Source: Alphaproteobacteria bacterium (GTDB taxonomy: Bacteria > Pseudomonadota > Alphaproteobacteria > MPNO01). Taken from it: a DNA stretch of 64,000 nucleotides. The translations under genes and the position numbers were made by a program. How positions within the stretch are numbered: the first letter of the stretch is position 1; every line of letters starts with the position of its first letter. Positions 28,355 through 37,939 of this stretch are shown here, piece by piece. A model generated the notes under the pieces. That model was not told where the DNA came from. It did not search any database and saw only the letters and a program-made list of their open reading frames with translations. The stretch spans positions 1,184,001 through 1,248,000 of the forward strand of contig CBDFLJ010000002.1 of the NCBI GenBank assembly GCA_965248835.1, written 5' to 3'.

Positions 28355-29185
28355 TCAGGCGCCCAGAAAGAGCCGGCCGATATCCGCATCGGCCAACAGC
28401 GCATCGCCCGGGCCGGCCTTGGCGAGTCGGCCGGACACCAGCACATAGCCGATATCGGCGAACTCCAGGCCCTTCTTGGCGTTCTGCTCGACCATGACGA
28501 TGGTCTTTCCCTCGTTGCGCTGCAGGTCGTCGAGGATTTCGAAGACCATGTCGATGAACCGCGGCTCGAGCCCGATCGAGGGCTCGTCGACCAGGAGGAT
28601 CGACGGGTCCATGATCAGCGCGCGGGAGATCTCCAACAGCCGGCGCTCGCCGCCGGACAGCACGCCCGCGCGCTGGTCGCGGCGGTTGCGCAGCCGATCG
28701 TACTTCTCGAAGATACGCTCGGCCGCCGCCTGGGCCTGATCGACCGTCGCCATCAGGTAGCCGCCCATCAGCAGGTTCTCCTCGACCGTCAGGTCGGGAA
28801 ACACGGAGTTGTCCTGCAGGATGTAGGCGATGCCGGCATCGCGCAGCTTCTCGTTGGGTGCCAGGCCGGTCACGTCCCGGCCGGCGACCGAGATCGTTCC
28901 CGCGCGGATGTCGGTAAAGCCGTAGATCGAATGCAGCACCGTCGATTTGCCGGCGCCGTTGGGTCCGATCAGGCACAGAGTCTGGCCCCGCCCGAGCACG
29001 AGGTCGAAGCCGTGCAGCACCTCCATCTTGCCGTAGCCGGCGACCAGGCGGTCGATACCGAGCAGCGTATCGCCGTCGACCAGAGCTTCGAGGTCGGCTC
29101 TCCCGGGGCCTTCGGCGGTCAGCCGCTCGGCTTCGCGCGCGACGTCATCGGCCGAGATCAGGGTCTCGAATTCGTCCGCGCTCAT
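28355..29185 (-). CDS. Branched-chain amino acid-type ABC transporter ATP-binding protein (LivF-like)
   Basis: GPNGAGKST, LSGGE, DEPSIGL and VEQN motifs. Confidence 0.9.
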   Translation of the reverse strand: MSADEFETLISADDVAREAERLTAEGPGRADLEALVDGDTLLGIDRLVAGYGKMEVLHGFDLVLGRGQTLCLIGPNGAGKSTVLHSIYGFTDIRAGTISVAGRDVTGLAPNEKLRDAGIAYILQDNSVFPDLTVEENLLMGGYLMATVDQAQAAAERIFEKYDRLRNRRDQRAGVLSGGERRLLEISRALIMDPSILLVDEPSIGLEPRFIDMVFEILDDLQRNEGKTIVMVEQNAKKGLEFADIGYVLVSGRLAKAGPGDALLADADIGRLFLGA

Positions 29186-29931
29186 CAATGCGCTCCGAGA
29201 TAGGCATCGATCACGCGCTCGTCCTCGCGCACCTGATCGGGCGATCCGTCGGCGAGCAACTGGCCGTGGGCGAGGCAATATATGTGCTCGGCCAGGGTCA
29301 TGATCACCCGCATATTGTGCTCGATCACCAGCAAAGTGATCCCGAGCTCGGCATTGGCCCGCTTCAGCCGGTCGATGATGCCGTTGATCAGGGTCGGGTT
29401 GATGCCGGCCGTCGGCTCGTCCAATAACAACAGCTTGGGCTCGTTCATCAGCGCCATCGCGAACTCGAGCAGCTTCTGCTGGCCGAAGGACAGATCGCCG
29501 GCCAGCAGCAGGCGCTTGGAATGCAGCCCCACGAAGTTCAACAACGACTCTGCCTTTTCGCGGTCGCTCGGTGCGTGGCTCGCGAACATCGCGCGCAGAC
29601 CTTCCTCCCGGCTGGGCAGGGAGATCAGCATGTTCTCCACGCAGCTCATGTCGCCGTAGATACGGGTCTGCTGAAAGGTGCGCAGCAGCCCGAGCCGGGC
29701 GATCTGGGGCACGCGCAACGTCGAGATCTCCCGACCTTCGAACCGGATCGAGCCGGAATCGATGGGGTGGTAGCCGACGATGGAGTTGAACAGCGTCGTC
29801 TTGCCCGATCCGTTGGGGCCGATCAGCCCGATGATCGCTCCCTCGGGCACGTCGAGCGAGACCGCATCGTTGGCGATCACGCCGCCGAAGGTCTTGCTGA
29901 CGCCCTCGACCGCGAGCAGGGCACCGCTCAC
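29185..29931 (-). CDS. Branched-chain amino acid-type ABC transporter ATP-binding protein (LivG-like)
   Basis: GPNGSGKTTLFN, RTFQ, LSFGQQK, DEPTAG, IEHNM and V..AYLG motifs. Confidence 0.9.
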   Translation of the reverse strand: MSGALLAVEGVSKTFGGVIANDAVSLDVPEGAIIGLIGPNGSGKTTLFNSIVGYHPIDSGSIRFEGREISTLRVPQIARLGLLRTFQQTRIYGDMSCVENMLISLPSREEGLRAMFASHAPSDREKAESLLNFVGLHSKRLLLAGDLSFGQQKLLEFAMALMNEPKLLLLDEPTAGINPTLINGIIDRLKRANAELGITLLVIEHNMRVIMTLAEHIYCLAHGQLLADGSPDQVREDERVIDAYLGAH

Positions 29932-30956
29932 CGGTCGGGCTCCTCGATGCGGTGCCCGAAAAGTCCGGGCCAGCGCTCGCGCACGAAGCCCATGATGCCC
30001 TCCGGGAAGAACACCACGATCACCACGATCAGCGCGCCCAGCGCGACCTGCTGCCAGCCCAGGAAGAAGGTCCAGAACGTCTCCTTGAAGACGTGGAAAA
30101 TCAGGGCGCCGATCACCGGTCCCCAGATCGTGCCCTTGCCGCCCAGGATCGCCATCAGCACCATCCAGACCCCGAAAGTGATGCCGGCGAACGCGGTATC
30201 GCGCGGGTCGACGAAGCCGACCAGCAGCCCGACCGGCCCGCCGGCGAGCCCGAGGAAGAACGCCGAGACCGACCAGGAGACGGTCTTGTAGCGGGTGGTG
30301 TGGATGCCCATCGCCTCGGCCTTGTCCTCGTCGTCGCGGATGGCGTTGATCGCCAGACCGAAGCGGCCGCGATAGAGCCGGCGGTAGGAGAAGAAGACCA
30401 CCGCCGCCAGCACGAAGAACACGAAGTAGAAGAAGAAGGCCCGGCTGCCCAGCTCATCGGGAAAAACCGGGGTCGCAATCCCCGATCCGGCGCCGATATA
30501 GTCCCAGCCCGCGGCCAGCTCGCCGGCGGCGATCCCGAGCCCCAGGGTGCCGATGGCAAAGTAGTGGCCGCGCAGGCCCAGCACGCCGGAGCCGAGCACA
30601 ACCGCCACCGCGGCGGCGGCCAACCCGCCGGCCAGCGTCCCGACCGCCAGGCCGACCAGATACTGTTCCGTCGTGAAGGTGAAGGCCTTCTCGCCGCCGG
30701 CGGCGGTATAGGCGGCCACATCGTGCGCGAGCCCGATCTGGACCACTACGCAGACATACATCCCCACCCCGAAATAGAGGATGTTGCCGAAGGAGTTGTA
30801 GCCCATCTGGCCGCCCTGGGCGTCCCAGGTGAGTGCGAAGATCACCATCAGCCAGATGAAGGCGAGTTGGGCGACGATGGTGGTGAAGACGAACGGCGCC
30901 GCCAGGCTGAAGACCGCGACCGCGCCGTAGCCCAGCATGCCCAGCCGGCGGCTCAT
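29928..30956 (-). CDS. Branched-chain amino acid-type ABC transporter permease (LivM-like)
   Basis: GY.SFG, LRGHYFAI.T, AIRDDE..AEAMG and LGG.GT.WGP motifs. Confidence 0.9.
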   Translation of the reverse strand: MSRRLGMLGYGAVAVFSLAAPFVFTTIVAQLAFIWLMVIFALTWDAQGGQMGYNSFGNILYFGVGMYVCVVVQIGLAHDVAAYTAAGGEKAFTFTTEQYLVGLAVGTLAGGLAAAAVAVVLGSGVLGLRGHYFAIGTLGLGIAAGELAAGWDYIGAGSGIATPVFPDELGSRAFFFYFVFFVLAAVVFFSYRRLYRGRFGLAINAIRDDEDKAEAMGIHTTRYKTVSWSVSAFFLGLAGGPVGLLVGFVDPRDTAFAGITFGVWMVLMAILGGKGTIWGPVIGALIFHVFKETFWTFFLGWQQVALGALIVVIVVFFPEGIMGFVRERWPGLFGHRIEEPDR

Positions 30957-31855
30957 GCCAGATATTTTCGCAAGCGCCGCAGCCGGAGGTTGCGCCAGAC
31001 AAGGATCGCGACCATCAGCAGGTAGACGAAGGCCACCTGGAACTCGGCGCCGAGAATGAAGCCGGCGTAGTTCTCCAGCGCCCCGAGCCCGAAGCCCGCT
31101 AGCACGACGCCGGCGACGTTGCCGAGCCCGGCCACCACGACGATCAGGAAGGAGCGCACGGTATAGAGGATGCCGAGGAAGGGGTGGATCACCCAGATCA
31201 TGACGACCAGCGCGCCCGCCGCGCCGCAGATCGCGGCATTGAGCGCATAGGTGGTGGCGTAGACGTGATCGGTGTCGACCCCCATGATGCGGGCGGCGCG
31301 GGCGTTCTGCGCGGTCGCCCGGATGGCGCGCCCGAGCTTGGCGCGGCGCAGGAAGACCAGCAGCACCGCACCCAGCACCACCGCGAGGCCGAAGGCGACG
31401 ACCTTGATCTGGGCGATCACCAGGCGGCCGTCGAGCAGCACCCAGGAATCGAGCCCGGGCTCCGCGCTCTGGATGTCGGCGGTGAAGATCAGGTTCATCA
31501 ACTGCTGCAGCAGGATGCTGATGCCGAAGGTCGCAAGGATCGAGATGAAGAGATCGCGGTCGACGATGCGGTAGATGACGGTTCGGTAGAGCGCCCAGCC
31601 GAGCAAATAGAGCGCAAGTGCGGCGATCGGGATGGAGATGATCGGGTTGATCCCCATCCCGACGAACAGGATGTAGGCGATGAAGCCGCCGAGGATCACG
31701 AACTCGCCCTGGGTGACGTTGATGATGTTCATCACCCCCCAGACCAGAGCCATGCCGTAGGCGGGCATGGCGAGAATGGCGCCGACCAGAAGCCCGTCGA
31801 TCAGCACCTGAAAGGCGAGCGAGGGGGTGTTCAGCAGAAGGGTCAGGTTTTCCAT
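30953..31855 (-). CDS. Branched-chain amino acid-type ABC transporter permease (LivH-like)
   Basis: G..L.WGVMNIIN..QGE and GRAIRA.AQN..AA..MG motifs. Confidence 0.9.
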   Translation of the reverse strand: MENLTLLLNTPSLAFQVLIDGLLVGAILAMPAYGMALVWGVMNIINVTQGEFVILGGFIAYILFVGMGINPIISIPIAALALYLLGWALYRTVIYRIVDRDLFISILATFGISILLQQLMNLIFTADIQSAEPGLDSWVLLDGRLVIAQIKVVAFGLAVVLGAVLLVFLRRAKLGRAIRATAQNARAARIMGVDTDHVYATTYALNAAICGAAGALVVMIWVIHPFLGILYTVRSFLIVVVAGLGNVAGVVLAGFGLGALENYAGFILGAEFQVAFVYLLMVAILVWRNLRLRRLRKYLA

Positions 31856-31924
31856 AGCGCGCGGCGGCACCCGCGCACGTCGCCGCGCACGGGTACCGCT
31901 TCCGACCTGAGGCGTGCAGCCGGT

Positions 31925-33154
31925 CTAGCTGGTCGGCCTGAACTTGCCGGTGGCGAACTTGCTGGGCGCGACCGGAACATATTTGAGGCCCTGGATCTGC
32001 CGCAGCACCATGGGCTTGGCGATGTTCTTGCCGGCGCTGTCGAAGCTGATCTTGCCGTAGAACGTGTCGAGCTTGATGCCGGAAATGGCGTCACGCACCT
32101 TTGGAAGCTCGAAGGTCCCGGCTTTCTCCAGCGCCTTTGCATAGACGTAGACCGCAGCACTGGACTCCGCAGACTGGTAGGGCGGGTTGTACTTATAGAC
32201 CTTGGTGAACTCGTTGTAATAGTCGAGCGCGGTGCCGAAGATCGGATCGCCGTAGTTCAGGTTCTCGTCCCACTGCGTTGCGCACAGCGTGTTCTCGGCG
32301 TTCGATCCGAACTTCTTGGTGTCGGTCACCTTGGCCGCCTCGCAGTGCGTCATGGCGAGCATCGGCACCTTGATCTTCATCTGGGCCATCTGCCGGATGG
32401 TCAGGGCCGCACCCTTGGAATGGCCGGAGACCACCAGGAGATCGGGCCGCAGGGCGCGCACCTTGTTGAGCGAGGAGGTCATGTCGTTGAGCTCGGGCGG
32501 CAGTTTGTCGTCGACGACGATTTTCATGCCGTATTTCTTGACTGCGTCCACCACGCCGAGGCGCACGTCCTGCGAGAACGGATCGTTCTCGAAGACCAGC
32601 GCGATCCGCAGGCTGCCGGGATCCTTGCCCTTGGCGCGTGCCTGTTCGGCCGCCAGGGTGATCGACTCCGACAGGTACTGATCGGCCGTCGACAGGACTG
32701 CGAACAGGTAGCGGTAGCCCTTGGTGAACAGCGACCGCGCGGCCCCGTTGGCTTCGATCATCGGGATCTTGTGCTTCTCCACCACCGGGGCTACGGCCTT
32801 GGTCAGGCCCGAGGAATACGGCCCGAGCATGAACTTGATGCCGTCCTGAAGGATCAGGCGCTCGGTGAGCTGTGCGCCGCGCACCGGCGTGGATTCGTCG
32901 TCATAGTATTGCACGGCAATCTTGTATTTCTTGCCGGCCACCGTGACGCCGCCGGCATCGTTGATCTTCTTGACGGCAAGGTCGTAGCCGCGTTGGGCGT
33001 GCTGCCCGGCGGTCGAGTATTTTCCGGTCAGCGAAAGTGCCGCCCCGAAGGTTATGGTATCGCCCTCGACCTTCGCGCCGGCCGGATTGGCGGCGAGCGC
33101 AAGAGCCGCGGCGCCTGCGCACAGCGCCGCGAAACGCGAAATTGCTTTGGTCAT
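31925..33154 (-). CDS. ABC transporter substrate-binding protein (LivJ/LivK-like)
   Basis: Signal peptide ending A-G-A; LSLTG, IN..GG, YDDES.P and LGPYSSG motifs. Confidence 0.9.
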   Translation of the reverse strand: MTKAISRFAALCAGAAALALAANPAGAKVEGDTITFGAALSLTGKYSTAGQHAQRGYDLAVKKINDAGGVTVAGKKYKIAVQYYDDESTPVRGAQLTERLILQDGIKFMLGPYSSGLTKAVAPVVEKHKIPMIEANGAARSLFTKGYRYLFAVLSTADQYLSESITLAAEQARAKGKDPGSLRIALVFENDPFSQDVRLGVVDAVKKYGMKIVVDDKLPPELNDMTSSLNKVRALRPDLLVVSGHSKGAALTIRQMAQMKIKVPMLAMTHCEAAKVTDTKKFGSNAENTLCATQWDENLNYGDPIFGTALDYYNEFTKVYKYNPPYQSAESSAAVYVYAKALEKAGTFELPKVRDAISGIKLDTFYGKISFDSAGKNIAKPMVLRQIQGLKYVPVAPSKFATGKFRPTS

Positions 33155-33434
33155 TTCGACGGATCTCCCATTCGTGCTGTCAGAAGCCGGATTTCGATAT
33201 CGCGGGATGGCCTCCCGATTTTGGCGAAATCGTACCAGACAATTCCGCCACCGCCTATCTCGTTGTCGGTTGCGGGTTTACGGACTTCGGGCGGCTGTTA
33301 GAATTGCCTGCACAAGCATCGAGAAGCGCCGGCGAACGCCGCGCGCCCGGCCGGGGAGGCTAACCGATTTCGTCATTCAGAGACGGTTCGCGGTCGGTGG
33401 ATCTCCGCCGGCGATTTCCGGCGTCGGATTCCCA

Positions 33435-34760
33435 ATGCTGATCGAATGGTGGATCCCTCTGCTGATCATCTTCGGCGGGGTGATGGTGCTGCTGGCCGCG
33501 GGCATCCCCGTGGCGTTCGCGTTCATCATCGTCAACATGGCGGGCGTCCAGATCCTGCAGGGCGGCGGGTCGGCGTTCAACACCTTCACCGCCAGCATGT
33601 ACGCCTCGGTCACCAGCTTTACACTGTTGCCGATCACGCTGTTCATCCTGATGGGGGAGATCCTCTGGCATTCGAACGTCGCCTTTCGCGCGATCGACGT
33701 GCTCGACAAGCTGCTGGGTCGGCTCCCCGGGCGGCTGAGCATCCTGACGGTGGTCTCGGGCACGGTGTTCTCCAGCCTCAGCGGCTCGACCATGGCCAAT
33801 ACCGCGCTGCTCGGCACCATGCTGCTGCCCGACATGGAGCGGCGCGGTTACAAGACGCCGATGTCGATCGGGCCGATCATCGCCAGCGGCGGGCTGGCGA
33901 TGATCGTGCCGCCGAGCTCGCTCGCGGTGATCCTGGCCGCCATCGGCAAGCTGTCGATCGGCCGGCTGCTGGTGGCCGCGCTGATCCCCGGGATGATCAT
34001 GGCGGTCCTTTACATCGCCTACATCGTCATTCGCTGCCGGCTGCAGCCGGAGCTGACACCGGCCTACGAGGTCGAGCGGGTGCCGCTGGGCGAACGGCTG
34101 AAGGGGGTGGTCCTCTATCTGCTGCCGCTGGGGGTGATCGTCTTCCTGGTCACCGGGGTGATCGTGATCGGTGTCGCCACGCCGACCGAGGCGGCGGCGA
34201 TGGGCTGCATGGGCTCGTTCGTGGTCGCAGCGGCCTATGGCGGGCTGTCGCGCGAGGTCGTGATCCGCGCGGTGACCGGCACGGTGCGCATCTCGGTGAT
34301 GATGTTCGCGATCCTGATCGGGGCCATCGGGTTCAGCCAGATCATGGCCTTCTCCGGCGCGACCCGCGGGCTGCTCCAAGCGGTCGGCGAGCTCGACGTC
34401 CATCCGCTCCTGCTGATCCTGCTCATGCAGCTCGTCGTCCTCGCGCTCGGCACCTTCATGGAACAAGTCTCCATCATGCTGATCACGCTGCCGCTCTACA
34501 TTCCGATCGTGAAGCTGCTCGGCTACGACCCGATCTGGTTCGGTGTCTTGATGCTGATCAACTTGGAGATGGCGCTGACGACCCCGCCGTTCGGCATGCT
34601 GCTGTTCGTCATGAAGGGCGTGGCCCCGGTCGGCACCAAGATAAAGGCGATCTATCTGGCTGGGCTGCCGTTCCTGATCTGTGACCTGATCGCCCTGGTC
34701 ATCGTTCTGCTGGTGCCCGAGACGACGAGCTGGCTGCAGGACTACTTCTATCGAAGATGA
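33435..34760 (+). CDS. TRAP transporter large permease (DctM)
   Basis: LFILMGE, SGS..A, G.LA.I.PPS, TPTEA, DPIWFG and TPPFG motifs. Confidence 0.92.
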   Translation: MLIEWWIPLLIIFGGVMVLLAAGIPVAFAFIIVNMAGVQILQGGGSAFNTFTASMYASVTSFTLLPITLFILMGEILWHSNVAFRAIDVLDKLLGRLPGRLSILTVVSGTVFSSLSGSTMANTALLGTMLLPDMERRGYKTPMSIGPIIASGGLAMIVPPSSLAVILAAIGKLSIGRLLVAALIPGMIMAVLYIAYIVIRCRLQPELTPAYEVERVPLGERLKGVVLYLLPLGVIVFLVTGVIVIGVATPTEAAAMGCMGSFVVAAAYGGLSREVVIRAVTGTVRISVMMFAILIGAIGFSQIMAFSGATRGLLQAVGELDVHPLLLILLMQLVVLALGTFMEQVSIMLITLPLYIPIVKLLGYDPIWFGVLMLINLEMALTTPPFGMLLFVMKGVAPVGTKIKAIYLAGLPFLICDLIALVIVLLVPETTSWLQDYFYRR

Positions 34761-34857
34761 GCACGCGCCCGGAGCGGTTTGTCGGCCGTGGCTTGGCAGT
34801 GCTAGAGTTTTTCGCAGGCGTTCAACGGTTGGGACGCTTCAAAATGGGAGGAAACGG

Positions 34858-35850
34858 ATGTCAATAGCAACGATGTGGAAAAGCGCCGCTTCGGTCGGGC
34901 TCGCCGCGGCCATAGGGCTCATGGGACAGCCGGCGGCGGTCAAGGCGGCCGATCCGATCGTGCTCAAGGGTTTGATTCCCTGGCCGGCGGATTTCGTGGG
35001 AAGCCATGGTTTCCTCGAATTCCAGAAGGCGGTTAACAAGGCACTCAAGGGTAAGGTCTTCGTGAGCCTGCTCGGCTCCTCCGAGGTCGTCCCGCCGTTC
35101 GAGCAGTTCGAGGCGGTGCGCGACGGCGTCGTCGACGTGCTGATGACCGCCGGCGCCTATTACAAGGCCACCGTTCCCGAGGCCGCCGCCGGCCTCGGCT
35201 CCACAAAGTTCGCAAGCGAGCAGCGCAAGAACGGCTATCTCGCGCTGATGCGCGAGATCCACGCCAAGCACGGCGTCTACTACCACTCCGGTGTCGGCGG
35301 CACGAAGGGCAATGGGTACCGCTGCTACTCGAACGTAAAGCTCGCCAGCTCCGACCTGACAGGCATCAAGATGCGCGTCTCGCCGACATACGTCCCGCTG
35401 GTCACCGCGTTGAAGGGCACGCCGATCCTGATGAAGGCCGGCGAGGTCTATACGGCGCTGGAGCGCGGCGTGGTCGACGGATTTTGCTGGACCTTCCTGG
35501 GGATCCGCGATTACGGCTTCCACGAGGTGACCAAGTACGTCATCGACGTGCCGTTCTATTCCAACGACACCGCGGTGCTGATCAACATGAAGACCTGGAA
35601 GAGCCTACCGGCCGAGATGCGCAAGGCGATCGACGATCTCGGGCCGCAGATCGAACTGGCGACCGAGAAGTTCATGACCGACATGAACAACAAGGAGGAC
35701 GAGGCGCTCAAGAAGGAAGGCCTTCAGTTCATCAAGTTCGACGCCGCCGAGACCGGGAAGTGGAAGAACGCGGCATACGAGTCGCACTGGAAGTTTATCA
35801 AGAAACAAAGCCCGGCATATGCCGACAAGCTGAAGAGCCTGGCGGAATAG
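34858..35850 (+). CDS. TRAP transporter substrate-binding protein (DctP)
   Basis: Signal peptide; DL.G.KMRV and GEVYTALERGVVDG motifs. Confidence 0.9.
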   Translation: MSIATMWKSAASVGLAAAIGLMGQPAAVKAADPIVLKGLIPWPADFVGSHGFLEFQKAVNKALKGKVFVSLLGSSEVVPPFEQFEAVRDGVVDVLMTAGAYYKATVPEAAAGLGSTKFASEQRKNGYLALMREIHAKHGVYYHSGVGGTKGNGYRCYSNVKLASSDLTGIKMRVSPTYVPLVTALKGTPILMKAGEVYTALERGVVDGFCWTFLGIRDYGFHEVTKYVIDVPFYSNDTAVLINMKTWKSLPAEMRKAIDDLGPQIELATEKFMTDMNNKEDEALKKEGLQFIKFDAAETGKWKNAAYESHWKFIKKQSPAYADKLKSLAE

Positions 35851-35868
35851 CGGCCGGCTAGGCACCAT

Positions 35869-35917
35869 CCGGCCGCCCGCACGAGAGGCTTCCCCACCAG
35901 GCCGTGCGGGCGGCCGG
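35869..35917. repeat. Perfect 15-bp inverted repeat (stem-loop) between dctP and dctQ
   Basis: CCGGCCGCCCGCACG (35869-35883) and CGTGCGGGCGGCCGG (35903-35917); no U-tract follows. Confidence 0.75.
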
Positions 35918-35942
35918 GCCATCGCGAGGTCCGGCAGAGATC

Positions 35943-36437
35943 ATGAAAGCCATCACCGCCGCCTATGACCGGTTCCTGGCGCTGCTCGCAATCATCGTGG
36001 GAATGATGGTCCTGGCATCGATGGTCTTCGTGGTCGTCGATGTCCTGCTTCGCTACTTCTTCGGCTCGCCGATCGGCTGGGTGATCGAGGTTTGCGAATA
36101 CTTCCTGCTGTTCACCCCGTTTCTCGGCATGGCATGGCTGGTGCGCCAGCTCGAAGGCCATATCCGCATCGACCTCCTCGTCCAGGCGCTGAGTGCCAGA
36201 CTGCAATCGCTTTTCAATCTCGGCGGCTCGATGCTGATCGCGCTGACGCTGGTCTTCGGCACCTATTACACGGGGATCTCGGCATGGGGCCACGTCGTCA
36301 GGAACGTTCAGACGCCCGGCGTCTATCCGATCCCCAAGGGCTATCTGATGTTCGTGATCACCCTGGGGTTTGCGCTGACCACCATCGAGTTCCTGCGCAA
36401 GGCCTACGGCCACTACCGCGAGGTCCGCTCACCCTGA
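35943..36437 (+). CDS. TRAP transporter small permease (DctQ)
   Basis: Four hydrophobic segments; DV..RY.F.SPI.W..E and GHIRIDLL motifs. Confidence 0.9.
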   Translation: MKAITAAYDRFLALLAIIVGMMVLASMVFVVVDVLLRYFFGSPIGWVIEVCEYFLLFTPFLGMAWLVRQLEGHIRIDLLVQALSARLQSLFNLGGSMLIALTLVFGTYYTGISAWGHVVRNVQTPGVYPIPKGYLMFVITLGFALTTIEFLRKAYGHYREVRSP

Positions 36438-36594
36438 GCCGGCCGGATTTCCGGCCGGGAACCGATCGGCAATCGCGGTGAAAATGCGTGCCGGGCTCTC
36501 GCATAAGGGCACGACTTGGGTTAAAATGACACCGATCGGCCAAAGACGCCGGCAAGGCGCCGTGGCCGGTCGCGTTGGGAATAGGGAGGTGCGG

Positions 36595-36750
36595 ATGTTC
36601 ACCACCGCCGTGGTCGTGGCCGCCTTGGGGGGCGCGGCCTTGTTGATCTGGTATCACCGGCGTCGGCGAAGGACTGTTTCCACCGACGGCAGCCGCCGCG
36701 TGGATACGCCGGGCGCGCGTCTGGACCGTATCCGCCGGGCCGGCCTGTAA
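36595..36750 (+). CDS. Putative 51-aa single-pass membrane protein
   Basis: Strong RBS AGGGAGGT just before the ATG; hydrophobic helix FTTAVVVAALGGAALLIWY followed by RRRRR. Confidence 0.5.
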   Translation: MFTTAVVVAALGGAALLIWYHRRRRRTVSTDGSRRVDTPGARLDRIRRAGL

Positions 36751-36827
36751 GAGCCCGAACTGCCGCCGAACGCAGGTTTCGGACCGGTGGCGTCCGCTTG
36801 CGGCCGGAGCCGCCGGGACACGGAGTG

Positions 36828-37880
36828 ATGGGCGCGCGCGTTCAGGCGAAGTGGATCTCGACGTTCGAGCGGGTCTTCGCGCTATGCGCGCTGGAACCCG
36901 GCGATCCCGTCGCAATCCTGTCGGAGACCCAGTCCCGGCCGGTGCTCGTCGAACTGGCGGAGCTCGCGCTCGCACGGCTGGATGCCAAGCCGTTCCATGT
37001 CGTCCTGCCCAGCCCGGCACAACGTGCCCCGGTGCCGGTGCGCTCGACCGGCGCCTCGGATGCGATCCAAGGCCTGGAGCCGGCGATTGCGGCGCTCGGT
37101 GCATCCACCCTGGTGGTCGACTGCACGGTCGAGGGCATCCTGCACGCGCCGGAGCTCGGGCGCATCCTCAAATCCGGGGCGCGGGTTCTGATGATCAGCA
37201 ACGAGCATCCCGACGCGCTGGAGCGCCTGGTGCCCGACCCGGCGCAGACCCCGCGGATCAAGCACGGGATCCGCATGATGCGCGAGGCCCGGCAGATGAC
37301 CGTCCGGAGCGAGGCCGGGACGGACCTTGTGGTCGATGTGGGCGATGCGCCCGCCGCCGGGGTCTGGGGCTATTGCGAGCACCCGGGCCAAGTCGCCCAT
37401 TGGCCGGGCGGGCTGGTGCTGTGCTTCCCCAGGGCAGGCACCGTGCAGGGCCGGCTGGTGCTCGACACCGGGGACGTCAACTTGACCTTCAAGCGCTATA
37501 TCGAGAGCCCGTTGACGCTCGTCCTCGAGGATGACCATGTCGTTGCGATCGAAGGGGAGGGGCTGGATGCGGACCTGTTCCGCGAATACATCGCCGCCTG
37601 GGGCGACCGGGAGGCCTATGCGGTCTCCCATGTCGGCTGGGGGATGAACCCGGCCGCCCGCTGGGAAGCGATGACGATGTATGACCGCGGCGATTTCAAC
37701 GGCACCGAACTGCGCGCCTTCGCCGGCAACTTCCTGTTCTCCACCGGTGCCAACGAAGCGGCAAAGCGCTATACGCTGGGCCATTTCGACATCCCGCTGC
37801 GCAACTGCACCGTCGCGCTCGACGGGAAGGTCGTCGTCGAGAAGGGCAAGCTCGCCGACGTGTTCGGTCCGCAGGCTTAG
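36828..37880 (+). CDS. Peptidase M29-fold protein, 2,5-dihydroxypyridine 5,6-dioxygenase (NicX)-like
   Basis: GTDL, HWPGG, SHVGWGMNP, RAFAGNFLFSTG.N and HFDIPLRNC motifs match the NicX C-terminal pattern, including the His/His/Asp iron ligands. Confidence 0.75.
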   Translation: MGARVQAKWISTFERVFALCALEPGDPVAILSETQSRPVLVELAELALARLDAKPFHVVLPSPAQRAPVPVRSTGASDAIQGLEPAIAALGASTLVVDCTVEGILHAPELGRILKSGARVLMISNEHPDALERLVPDPAQTPRIKHGIRMMREARQMTVRSEAGTDLVVDVGDAPAAGVWGYCEHPGQVAHWPGGLVLCFPRAGTVQGRLVLDTGDVNLTFKRYIESPLTLVLEDDHVVAIEGEGLDADLFREYIAAWGDREAYAVSHVGWGMNPAARWEAMTMYDRGDFNGTELRAFAGNFLFSTGANEAAKRYTLGHFDIPLRNCTVALDGKVVVEKGKLADVFGPQA

Positions 37881-37936
37881 AGCATGCTCCGATCGGCTCG
37901 AAGCGGGCCGGCCCGGCGTGTTCGGGAGATGCTCTA
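37878..37936. repeat. TAGAGCAT...ATGCTCTA palindromic intergenic element (RIME/MITE-like)
   Basis: 8-bp perfect terminal inverted repeat, extended imperfectly by GCTCCGA/TCGGGAG; it supplies the upstream TAG stop. Confidence 0.45.
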
Positions 37937-37939
37937 GCC

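Noticed and set aside
33054-33434. Long N-terminal extensions given by the ORF track (also at 24896, 40467, 42799, 58886, 61277)
   Set aside because: They overlap neighbouring genes. Downstream starts with an RBS or stop-start coupling match family N-termini better.
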